64,000 nt of DNA, taken from assembly GCA_002189035.1 (NCBI GenBank), contig NEEC01000014.1, positions 2,666,001-2,730,000 of the forward strand. Direction: 5' to 3'. Below the pieces are notes generated by a model. It worked only from the letters and a program-made list of their open reading frames with translations. It had not been told where the DNA came from and made no database searches. This DNA is from Utricularia gibba. Lineage: Eukaryota; Plantae; Magnoliophyta. A program made the position numbers and the translations under genes. This document shows positions 25,906-38,170 of the stretch, in pieces (positions within the stretch are counted from its first letter, which is position 1; each line of letters begins with the position of its first letter).

Positions 25906-28900
25906 GAGATCTCTTTTGTCAGCCTTTTAGGAACCGATTACCCTTGGCCGATTTTTCCCTTATCATTCAACCCCTCTGATTCACCGATATTAGCCCTTTT
26001 CGGGGTAAATCGGGGGATCAGAACTACTACGATACCAATTCTTGAGCTGCCGCTTCCCCTGAATAAGCCACATGCCGTTCTCTGCCACGCGTCGGCTCGT
26101 TGGCACGCCACGTTTTTTCCCGCTCATTCTGGGTACCCCAAACGTCATGACGCTTCGTCTCCCTAACCTTTCCCGTATAAATAAGCGCGCTTCGTGTCAG
26201 TTCTTTCCTTTGCCCTTTCTGTTGCCTGCAAGAGTTTTGTGCCCTCCGTGCTCCGTCACACTCGTCCGCCGCTCGATCGTCGCGATATCCGTCGGAAACC
26301 GCCAATTTTCCAGGTATCATTCGGTTCTTCGTCTTTTTCGTTCGGTCTTCTGGGATTTTTGACGGGTCCCCCTTGTCATTCTAAGTCCTTCCCCCTTCCT
26401 GACTCCTGCCTCGTTCTAGGGTTTTGGGCTTCTTTGAAAATGGGTAGGAGATCTAGTGAACTAAACATCCCCTCCCTTCGCATTCGGTACTCGATCCCTG
26501 ATGAGTACCAGCTTTCTCATGCTCGGGATACTGAAATCCCTTGGGGGGTAGGTAAGGACCCCTGCCTCCGTTCAGTCTCCCAATTCCACTTGCCTATTTC
26601 GAAAGTGGTTTACGCTTCCCTCTTCACCCTTTAATAGTCCGTTTTCTCTATACCTTTGCAATTCCGATTTACTGTCTCGCCCCGAATTCCATATTCTGCT
26701 TTACCACTTTCCTTTTCTATTCGGCCGGTATGGATCCGGCTATGACTCTGGTAGACTTCTATCATCTCTTCAAGATAGCCGTTCGTAAAGCTAAGTCCTC
26801 GATGGATGGCCGATCTCACTTTCGATTCCGCCGATTCGAAGATAACCCCAACTTTGTTGTTAAAGCCCCCGATACCCACCATGATTGGTGGTCTTCTGTC
26901 GTTTGGATAGCTCCCCCTTTGGGTTCTCGGTGGAACTTCCCAATCGATCCCCCAACTCCTTTCAGGATCAAGATCTTGGGTGCGTATCGGTCTTCTTCCG
27001 AATCTCGCGAAGTCCTTTATGAGAGGCTTAGTCGGGGCTCAGTTTGGTATGAGTCTCGTGCCTTGATGTTCTCAGGTGAGTCGTTGAAAAGATCAAGTAT
27101 TATTGGTCGTTCCCGAGACCTCCATTGGCTTGATATCATTCCTTTCGACGGCACCGATTCGAGGAGCCTTCCTCTTAGCCCTTCTTCATCCTTCCTCTTG
27201 TTCCGGCTTCACCTCCGATTCCCCCACCTGTTCAAACCGGGCCCCCAAGAAAAAGAAGAGGGTTAAGGCAGTTGCGCACAAACCCTCAAAGAGGCAAAGA
27301 GTTAGTCAGGTTCAGCTTTCCCGAGTCTTAGAATCGGCACTATGCCTTATTGCTTTTCCTACTTTCGTTTTCAACTGAAGAGATGGCTCGAAGAAGCTCT
27401 CTAGAAGATTCGGTGATGGCGCGGTTCTCTGCCGAGATGCAGACGATGCAGGAACCCGAGGATCCCTCCCCTGCACGAGTCTGTCTCCTATTTAAAAGTT
27501 ACCGCGAATTCCCGATTATAACCCCCCCCCTTTTTTTTTTGGTTTTTCTTTCAAGCTAATACGATTGGAGCTCAGCTGGACGCCGCTAATCCTTCCTCAG
27601 GGGAAGATCAAGTGGTAGAAGTCTTCGAGATCCGGGAGTTGACTCCCCGTCCTTCAGCCGGGAAAGGGAAAGAGAAACTTCCTCCATCACCCGATCTCAG
27701 CGATACTCCTATTCCTGATGCAAGATTCTTTTCGGCTGGTGCTTCAACATCGGCTCTTCCCATCGAGTTACAGAGGGATTCTGCCCTCGTAGAAGTAAGG
27801 GACAACCTGGAGGAGGAGGGGAGTTCGCTGAAAACCATTTTAGGGAAACGCAGCCGCTAGGAGGAAGAACTGCGAAATGTGATCGAGGAAATGGGAAAGG
27901 CGGTTGACGACGCTCAATCAGAGAGAGAGGGCTTCAAAGTCCGATTTGAAGAGGCAGAAGCGGAGTTAGAGCATGCCAGGGGCCGCATTTCAGCATTGGA
28001 GGCCGAATTACTTGATCGACAAGCATCTCGGCAGGGTCTTCTGGATGACTTTGTCAACTCAGCCTGTTTTTCCGAACTCTCTGATATCTATGCAGGAGAT
28101 TTAATCGGCTTACTTCTATACCGTCAGAGACGACAGTTCAGCCGGGAATTTGGGCTTTCAATCATGGATCCGCGCTTCGACAGGATAAACCCCTTGACGA
28201 AGGATGAGAACATGCTTGATGTTATCGTGGATACTTTCCAGGCCCCGGAGTTCGGGTTCGAAGCTGATCGGGAGCGATTGATTGCGCTAATTCGAGCGAG
28301 GATAGGGCGAGAGAATGACGCCAAGCTGAGGGCAAGGATGGAACAGCATACCGGTTCCTCTGCCAATCCTCCCGATAATCCCCCATCCCCTCTCGTACTT
28401 TAGTAATTTTTTGATTTGATGTTTTTCCCCCTGCTGTGGGGCTTTTTGGATAATTTTGGTCTCCCGGCTCGGGGTTTCCTTCTAATTTACTCTGTTTTTT
28501 GCGCATCACTTTTGCCTTTGCTGACTCACATTTCGGGGGAAGCCCCGAGTTGGTTTGTTGTGTCTATTACGTGCTTAGACTTGGAGATTCGCCTATGCTT
28601 TTGTGATTCGGGGGTGGATGCCTCCTCGCCAACCCTTTGATTGGGCTTTTTGATTTTAGTTTGCCTTAGTACTTCCTCATGCGAGCTGAACCGTTGCTAG
28701 GGAACTAGGTCGGAACCCCTCATGGGTTGAGCGACTTCCCCAATCCGAAAGGGCCCTTTTCTGGCCATATTCCATTGTTTTGAACATGAGTGGATTTGCT
28801 TCGGGTGCTCTTGCCACCTCGAGATTCCGACAATGAGGTCAATACTTAAGGGCCTTTCGGGATTTACGCGTGCGGTTTACATAAACCGGTGCCCGAATCG

Positions 28901-29400
28901 TACCAGGGCTTATTCTTGCTATTGACGCCTGGGTTGGTGGATCGCATATATATATTGTGGGAGATCCCGAGTCGATTTGATGTATCCCGCAGGGGACTCC
29001 GATTTAGGAGATTTGCCTGGGCTTACGTTACTTGGCCAGAGCTTTAGATCTTTGATGGTCTGCCTGGGCTTACGCGATTCGACCAGGGCTTGTATTTTGT
29101 TTTCCCATCTCCATTTCGGAGGAATTTATAGGTGCATGAGTGCTTTGGGGAAGAGAATGCCGAATCCTGTGACACAGATTGATATTGAGTCGGTTAGGCG
29201 TAGAACTTCCTTAGATGCGATGCGTTCCACGACCTTGGGAGTTCCACGCCATCTAATTGTTCCAGGCGATATGCTCCTTTTCCGATCACCCTTGAAATCC
29301 GATAAGGACCTTCCCAATTGCGGTCTAATTTCCCGACGTGTCTTTGTGGTTGCCCTCCTTGAAATACCCACGCCAACTCTAACCCAGGCCCTTATCAATC
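25906..29400 (-). mobile_element. Inverted 3' part of the Tat element: integrase C-terminus (29194-29400), long 3' region, PPT (25966-25977) and first ~60 bp of the 3' LTR
   Basis: 25906-25965 is the reverse complement of the 5' LTR start (2-3 mismatches) and is preceded by gaggggttgaa. Minus-strand GKLDRNWEGPYRI...LPRSWNASHLRKFYA* is the Tat integrase end. Confidence 0.9.
26440..28403 (+). pseudogene. Tat accessory (normally antisense) ORF: Transposase_28/PF04195-like domain plus coiled-coil region, frameshifted
   Basis: MGRRSSELNIPSLRIRYSIP, then after a frameshift GLRFPLHP (26607-26630)...LAPNS...DFYHLF; heptad-rich region at 27879-28030 (EREGFKVRFEEAEAELEHARGRISALEAEL). Confidence 0.75.
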
Positions 29401-32400
29401 TTTATTCCTCCCTCCTCTCACACGCTCGTCTGATCGACATCACCACCATTGTTATCGTTGGAGTTGTGGTAATCACCACTACTGTCCATTCCTTTAACAA
29501 GCAAGGTGTGGGCACGTCTTTGACTTTTTTGTTGGATTTTTTTTTTATTTTGACCTTGATGTAGTGTCAGGGTGATTTAGAGTGTAATTCAAAATGTTAG
29601 TAGGGGTAAGACTTTTGATGTTTTGAAATAGAGTTTTTTTATTTAAGAAAATGATGTTTTGTGTAAAGAAATATTTTGATTTGTAAGATTGACTTTTTGT
29701 ATAAATAAATGATTTCTTTATGTAAAAACTAATTTTTTTATCTAAATATTTAATTTTTATTTAATAAAATTCTCTTTTGTTTAATAAAATAATGTTTAAT
29801 AAAATAAATGATCATCATTATTTTTATTAAATGATTAAAATCGTTTTTTATATTTGTTTAAACTATTACAGTGATATTAATATTGTTGACAATATACTTT
29901 AAAGTACAAGATGACGATTCTCGATAAGGATGTTCGAAGATTAGATATCCACTTTGGGTTCCCCTAATCATTTAGGCCATGGTAATGCACTTTTGTTAGG
30001 TGCATGCACTTCTGGTAGATATGTATCATATCCCTCGGGGTTTGGAGCCAGGGCATCACACGCAAGATGAGAGGTAATGTATTTTCTATAGTGTCAGTCT
30101 ATTTTAGTTTTAATGATTAATTTAACTTGTTCTTTCAAAGGCATGAAAGCGTATGATAGGAAAATCCATGAGTTAATATTTTCAGCTTGGATGACATAGA
30201 GATATACGATAGCCATGATTGATGATGAGAGTATGTAACTGTTATTATTTAAATTTGAGTTCAGATTTCGAATAACCCGTTGATAGTTCACATTGTAGGT
30301 ATCCACAACCTTCATTGTACAGTCACGATTCTTGATGTTATCGTCAGATTACAATTGACGATAAGACCAATTTGTGCTATTGGGAGCCATCATATTGTAT
30401 ATAACCAGAGATTGATCCTATGCAAATAGAGATTTAGCGATGGTAACATCAGTTGGAGGCATAGCAACAGGAGGTAAGTGATGGAATAAAAATTTTAAAG
30501 ATGTTGCATATTTAAATATTTTTCTCATCAAAATATATTTATAAAACTGATTAAGTATTTTATATTATATTTACGAAAAAAAATACATTATTGACAAGTA
30601 AATATTTCATTTAATTCAAAAGTTAATTATATTTAAAAAAAATTTAAACACTTTCAGATCACTGTTCCGATTCATATGTGAAAATAGTAAAGAGTACGAT
30701 AAAGAAAGCACATTCAGGCAAGCAAACAAGACAATGTGATTAACGTTTAACCTGGAAATATAAAATACGAGCATATTCATGAAAGTGTAGAAAGTAAAGT
30801 GATTGTTCAATTTTCCAAGTCAAATCCTAGCGCACAAATCAGCTTCTTCTTCTTGTTTTCAGATTGGTTCTAAGGCTTTGGTGGAAAGGTTTTTAATGTT
30901 CTGCTATCGTTATGGGTGATGGATGTAGTTCCAGTATCACTTTAAAACTACTTCTATTATCTTCTTCACACATATAGATTGTCGTTATGCAAGTCATCAA
31001 GTGTTGGAGGTGAGTTTCAATGTCATACTGGAACTGTCATTCATTCATCTTCTCCCCTAAAACTAATTCAACTCGCCGGAAAGTCCCCTTCCAGTGTCGA
31101 AAATCTACATTCTGCCTCTATTCAATTATGCATATCCCCTATTGCGTACCTTGGGAAAGGATAGCTTCCCTCATTCATTGTTTCTTGTCACCTAGTCTTA
31201 TTTCCTCGTACATGCAGACGCATAATTTCCATTGTGTCCCTGAATTAATAAATACTATGTAGAGAGATCAGAATACGCGGTTCAGCCCAAATGAGTTAGC
31301 CGTTCTTGAGTTTAGATGAACAATTAGTTTACCCCAACAAGTGAATCAACGTAAAATAGGTTTAAAATACATTTTTACACAAAATAAGTTACATTTCATT
31401 CTATATATGAATATATGTTTTGCAGCATTTTTATAGCATAAGTTAGAGGTATTATCTTGAGTCAATGATACGGCACCTTTTCAGTGCATGTGCTTTGTAC
31501 ATCGTATTCTATTGCATACACATCACATTCCTATAAATTCTTAGTCATCATTATGTGTTGATCAATACTTCATTCTCGATTGTAGGGGGTGAATACTACA
31601 TGGATGTCGCGTCACCCGTTCACAAAACGATCACAAGCCTCTAGTGTTCAAAAACTTGAGGAAAGTATGGGTGGTATATCCTAATTATGACACTCAAAAC
31701 AAACTACTTATAAATGACTCACCAGCCAAGGAATTCATCAACTCGGTGAATCCTCGCTCACTAACGTAGGTTTCATATTATCCCTCTTATTCTCATGTTT
31801 TTTATTTTATAATAGAGAAATTGCATATTTGCATATGCTTGAAACGACAAAGATCGCATCGATAATACCCAGATGTCGGCAATTACTCATATGATTTCTT
31901 TTCTGGGTTGGGCACTGCGGATAATGTCCCATCTTATGTATAGGAGTGTCACGTCGAGCAACTATGGATTGATGAGTACAATTGACACTTTAATTATAAT
32001 TTGGATGCTGTTAATATCATATTCGAACTTGGACATTAAAATGCTTTTTATCTGACGTCTGTGTTTTACAAAATAATTCTAAAACTAAGGTATATTGTAA
32101 ATAAAAATGTACTGACTTGCAAAGGCCCTACAGGTGAGTGATGATTAAGTATTGAGTGTCAAAGCAAAGGAAGGTCTCACATGACGTGGAATGGTAGTGG
32201 AGTGTGAGTTGGAATGAAGGTCTGGAGTGTCAACAAGTTCCTCTAAGTGCTACTGAAAATAGCAATTTAATTGATCCATTAAATTACCAAAATAATTATT
32301 TCTTGGTCTTTCACCATTTGTTTTATATGTTTTTGTGAATGCTTGGATGGGGTTCCTCAATGCACTCATGATTTTTTATGTTGCAGTTATAATAGCTGGT

Positions 32401-33169
32401 GTGATCCAATTCGCTCAGGAATGCAAACTTATCTTTCTTTTCTTCTGTTGAATTTGGTTACCTTGGGTAGGGTGGTTAACTCAAATGATCCCTTCAATCA
32501 TAATGAGAAATATGTTATGTTTTGTGAAATATCAATAATAATATAAATAAAATATTAGAAAAAATTCGTTATTTAAGTTCTCAACGTCATGTATTACCAG
32601 AGTTTGTCATAGATTTCACAAAATCCTAAAAGAAAATAGGTATAGGAGTTTGGAAAAATAATTTGAAATAGAAAAAAATATTTTACTATAATGAGAATAA
32701 AAATCCAAAATTAGTGAATGATTTATTTCTGTTTTTTAAAAATGAAAATATTTTTCATCTTCTTGAGGAATAGTCATTTATCAGTTTGAAAATGAATAAG
32801 CGGCCTTGGGGATGTTGAATTCAAAGATCAAACCTATGCACTAAAAAAAGGAGTACATTTCTTATGTACAGTCCGTCATACAATTGGCGCCAGTTGTATT
32901 TCGAAACGTGAGGACGGACAGACAGACAGACTCCCTCTGTATTCGTTGGGTCTTCCTTCCGGGTATTCATCAGGTCAACGAATATTCTTTTCCTGGATCC
33001 GGATTCGTATACGGGCCAACAAATATCTTAATTGGGTGCAAATACTAATTTACCCCTACCACATTCCGCACTCAACGCACACTCTCTGTCTCCCTCTTTT
33101 TTTTTTAATGATGTCGCTCCTACTATAGTGAAATATCCTATCTTTGCAATTTTATAATATTTTACTGTA

Positions 33170-33608
33170 GTCTGTAATGCAATACCTACATTTTTTTAAT
33201 TTATTCACTCAATATTAACCATATACCTAGAGTTTTTAACTTCTAAATTCATTTGTAACCATACAATATGTAGATTTTATTTATTTATTCATTCATTTTT
33301 AATCACATATTATTTAAATTTTTTAATTTCTACATTCATTTCTATCCATACAATACCTACATTTTTTTTATTTTAATTCATTCATTTTAAACCACATACC
33401 TATTTTTTTAATTTCTACATTCATTTCTAACCATATAATACCTACATTTTTTATTTATTCATTCTTTTTTATCCATATAAAGCTAGATTTTTTTAAATTT
33501 TTACATTCATTTCTAATCATACAATATCTAGATTTTTTTAATTTTTTCATTCATTTTTAATCACATAATGCTTAATTTTTTTTTAATTTCTACATTCATT
33601 TCTAACCA
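33170..33608. repeat. Degenerate AT-rich tandem repeat (~40-bp subunits, ~10 copies)
   Basis: Recurring catacaatacctacatttttt and aatttctacattcatttctaacca. Confidence 0.75.
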
Positions 33609-34739
33609 AGAAGAAATCACACATAGATTCTTGTATATATTAGGAACAAACTTTGCTATTTTTCATTTTTTCAAGGTTGAGTTAAAACTATAGATGATAC
33701 TCATATAAAAACATGTGTTCTAACTAAAGAAAGAGTATGTTACATTGGACGTAAAATGGGTTCCTACTAAAAACATTTTGGAAGTTTGTGATTTCAATAT
33801 GTAGTTCATTTCTATTGTTAGATATAAATGAATCATACATGATAGTAGAATATTAAAATAATATTTACGTAATGATGAAGATGAATTCTCACATCCACCA
33901 CAAGTTACTTCATCATGAATCAACCATTTAACACCATAATATATGATACAACTTCATTTGTCAAATTTTATGATCAAAGTAAAATATTACTTAGAAGATA
34001 TTGGTTTTTCCATGTACATTGGAGAGTTAAAGGGAACCCCTAGGGTTTTTTATGTAATTTAAACAACAATATGGGTATAATTGTCTTTTCCTAAAAATAA
34101 AACTTATAAAACATATTTAATATCTTATTTATAATATATTAATCAAATACATCTCATCCCATCCAAAAATCCCTATCTCATTTACACATCCCTATTTAAA
34201 TATTTCCTAGTATATTTAAATCCCATTACCAAACACACCCTAAAAGTGTTACAGCACACAAACTTATTTAAAATGAATGCTCTTTTGGCCTCTACTGCAG
34301 CAAAATATTTGTACAAAAAAAACATATGAAATTCAAATGTATTATTAAGTTGTTGGTTCCTCAAAAAGCGTGTCATGGGGTTTGGCGTTGACGGAAATAT
34401 CTCATTCAGTTTGACGGAAGGAAAGGAAAAGAATTACGCGGCAGGTGAGGGCCAGCCGAGCCGCTTTCTCTCTCTTGTCCACAGGCTAATCGCTATAGAT
34501 ATGTTTGTTATTTCGGATATTTTGCAATTAAAAATAAAAAATGTGTTGATAAACAAGGAAGTCAACGCGATTAGATACATCCAGCATCCAGAATCAAGCC
34601 CACCTTTTTCCCATTTTATTTTATTTTTTTTTCTCAAATTCACATTCGTAATATATTCTTATTTTATTCCGGCCGCTGCCTTCCTTATAAAGAGAGGCTG
34701 CCTGCTTGCCCTCTCCCAAAGAAGTTCCGAACGGAAAGG

Positions 34740-36226
34740 ATGGCCGTGAAGAAGACGAGAGCGAAATGGCGATCCTATGTCGGTGGCTGCTTCAAGCCCG
34801 AACCCACACACCCCAACCCCAAAAGCAAACCCCCTTCGCCCATTTCCTTTCGGGGGATCTCCCTGTCGGACCTCAGCGGGTCGACGCTCCCCGAAGAGCT
34901 TTCCATATCCCTAGCGGGTTCGGATCTGCACGTCTTCACGCTCCAGGAGCTGAAGATGATCACTCAGAATTTCTCTTCCAGTAATTTTCTTGGTGAGGGT
35001 GGATTCGGTCCGGTTCACAAAGGGTTCATTGATGATCGGATACGACCGGGATTGAAGGCTCAACCCGTCGCCGTAAAGCTCCTGGATTTAGCGGGTGGTC
35101 AAGGCCACAGAGAATGGCTGGTGAGCTTTGTAAACTGTTAAACCTCCACTTACATATTCTGTAATTTACCTTTCTCGGGTTTCTGTTATGAAATCGATAG
35201 GCGGAGGTGATGCTCCTGGGTCAACTCCGGCATCCAAATTTGGTGAAGCTCATCGGATACTGTTGCGAGGAGGAGCATAGGCTTTTAGTCTACCAGTACA
35301 TGCCTAGAGGAAGTCTGGAGAACCAGCTGTTTCGCCGTAAGTTTTGTCCTTCTTTCACTCTGACTTGAGGGAAGCAACCCTGGTTTTGACTTTGAACGGG
35401 CCAACACGTCGGTTGACTTTTGACAACTGCCCATTTGAAAACACAAAATTGAATGAAACCATGTGAAACAGGGTACGCAGTCTCGCTGACTTGGAAAACG
35501 AGGTTGAGAATTGCACTGGGTGCAGCCAAGGGGCTGGCGTTCCTCCACGAGTCTGAAAAGCCCGTCATTTACCGAGACTTCAAGGCTTCCAACGTTCTCT
35601 TGGACTCGGTAAATTTATCAGTCACTGCGCACAGAGAATTGATTCATTTGCTTCACCAGTTTACTGAAAGAGTTGTCGTCTCAGGATTTCACCGCGAAGC
35701 TCTCCGATTTCGGACTCGCCACCGACGGTCCTGAGGGAGACGACACGCATGTTTCGACACGAGTTCTGGGCACGCAAGGCTACGCTGCGCCGGAATACAT
35801 CATGACCGGTAATATTATCGATGATTACCGATCTTTTATGCATTATGTGGCATCCCTGATTTTCAGTTGCGCATGCTGAATTAATTAGGTCACTTGACGG
35901 CGGCGAGCGACGTGTACAGTTTCGGGGTAGTGCTTCTGGAGCTTATAACCGGGCGGAAGTCGTATGACAGGAGCAGGCCGAGCAGAGAACAAAACTTGGT
36001 GGAATGGGCCCGGCCGATGTTGAAGAACCCTATGAAACTCAGCCGTATTATGGACCCTAGGCTGGAGGGGCAGTACTCGGAGATCGGGGCGCAAAAGGCG
36101 GCGGAGCTGGCGCACCAATGCCTCAGCCAACGCCCCAAGCTCCGGCCGACTATGCGCCAAGTGATTGATGCTTTGGAGCCACTGATGGATCTCGACGAAC
36201 TACAGATCGGCACATTTGTGTTCTAG
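34740..36226 (+). CDS. RIPK: RLCK-VII receptor-like cytoplasmic kinase, RIPK/PBL13-like; exons 34740-35120, 35201-35336, 35472-35608, 35685-35808, 35889-36226; 371 aa
   Basis: MAVKK..W N-terminus, [79 protein letters not shown]. All four introns are GT-AG and keep the frame. RIPK versus PBL13 orthology is not tested. Confidence 0.93.
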
Positions 36227-37329
36227 TTGTCCACCACAGACAGAAAGGGAGGTTAGACCGGAGTCGACGCTGGGAAAGTAGATCTGCGTGGGGACTCCGA
36301 CCGGAAAATGTACAAATAAAAGTGTTTTGTATTGTAGATTTTATATACAATATCCATGTTGATAAGAATTTTTCTTATTTATGAGAATAATTTACTGAGG
36401 TGAGGAGGAGAGGAGATGGTTGATCCCTCTCCATTTGCATTAATGACCCAAGACTTTTGTCTGAGTAGCGACTAAATGACTGACGTACATGCCTATGCCT
36501 CTCCAAAACCAATTTTCATATTTTAAATATCTATCTATTTTTAGGTTTTATTTATTTCTAATAATTTAAAAGAATGACTCCTAGCATGTAAGAATAGATT
36601 ATGAGATAGGAATTTACATTATAAACAAATTCCAATTGTCCCACTCCTTATCAAAAACAAATATATTTGTTTCTTTTTCACACTGAACATAATTAATTCT
36701 ATAAGTTGCCATTCCATGAATACGAATGAATGTGACACCATGGAGTGAATGATTGGCTTTTACTTGGTCGAAATATGTGGAGTGATGGTTGGGCTTGGAA
36801 ATAGATTTCCTTCGAGTCTGCATCATTGAAAAAAAGGATCGTTGCCGCACGCCTTCTAGAAGGAGGTTTCCTTCTAGAAACGCTGGCTTTGTGGACACGC
36901 AACAAATTTCATCAACACTCGTGCTGCTTTTTTTTTTCCTCGTATTTGGCTTTCCCACTCATGGGAAATGGAAATAGAAAACACAGCAGGAAATTAGTTC
37001 AGAGTGAAGGTAAGAATGAAAAAATAAAGGAATATAAGATTGTTATAGAATATGAGAAAAAGATGAAGCTCATCTAAAATCAATTACAGTGAAATTGACT
37101 CAACCTCTTTTTCTAAAAGATTGAAGTAAAAAAAAAAAAAAAACATGAGAATGAGAAAATATTGAAATTTGTGGACAATACTCACTCTTTTAGAGTACAT
37201 TAATTTGGTACTGAAAGTCATTAAATATTTGAAACATCTTTGTATGTTTAAAAAAAAGTTTAAAATGAAAGAAAAAATGAAGATGAGTGAAAGGTTATGA
37301 AAACATATAGTTTTTGATAGTTTTAAATT

Positions 37330-38170
37330 AGAAAATTAATATTGTTACTTTGTGAAATTCATGAAGTCAATACCCAGGTGTCGAAAATCTTACATATCAC
37401 AATAGGTTGAAGCGGCATTTGATCCTTGAAATCTATATCTCCACCTCTTCGACAATTAGGTCATGCTTTCAATGAAGTTATGCATCTCAAAAAATGTGAA
37501 CCAATAGAAACCAACCTCCAATACTTTGTTAGCAATGACCTTTGGACCAAAATGACCTCTACAAGGTAATTCATGGCATTGAGTAAGAATAGAATTTACT
37601 TAACCTTGAAGAATGCATTGACAAAGGATTTGATCAGGTCCAATCTTCCACAAGTATGGGTCATCACAAATGTAATGCATACTATCACTCTGTAACATGT
37701 CCTTTTAATGATGATGAAAATCCTCTGGGAACTATCCTATTACTAGAAAATTCACAATGTTTGCATACCATGGACTTCTCTCTTGAATCATGAATAAGTG
37801 TTCATCACAGAAGTTTTCATTAATGGGGTTGTATGCTTCTTTAAAGGTGATGAAACTAAGGTGATTTGCAACCAAATTCTCACGTCCTTTCTTGTCTCGA
37901 ATTTCTATGTTAAACTCCTAGAGTAGTAGGATCTATATGATATGATGAGGTTTTGAATCTTTTTTGTTGAGAAGATACCTCAATGCCGCGTGGTCAGAGT
38001 AAACAATGATCTAGGCTCCAAGCAAGTATGCTCTGAATTTTCCAACACAAAGATGATGACCAAATGCTTCTTCTTTGTTGTGGTATAATTCGTCTACACA
38101 TCATTTAGGTACTTTGCAGCATAGTGGATCATATGTGATGCCTTGTCCACCTTCTACCCAAGTCCATTTA
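37330..38170 (-). mobile_element. Athila RNaseH and integrase zinc-finger relic
   Basis: Minus-strand HMIHYAAKYLND, NYTTT, IVYSDHAALRYLL, EIRDKKGRENLVANHL, WDDPYLW, CHELPCRGHFGP; multiple stops. Confidence 0.85.

Noticed and set aside
26027-27378. Several overlapping 80-150 aa ORFs on both strands
   Set aside because: Shadows of GC-rich Tat sequence; only the GLRFPLHP frame has a family signature.
30094-30315. PPR-like look of VDTYNV
   Set aside because: No 35-aa periodicity and no further motif.
34225-34240. Tourist-like right TIR ccaaacacaccc|taa
   Set aside because: I could not find a matching left TIR.
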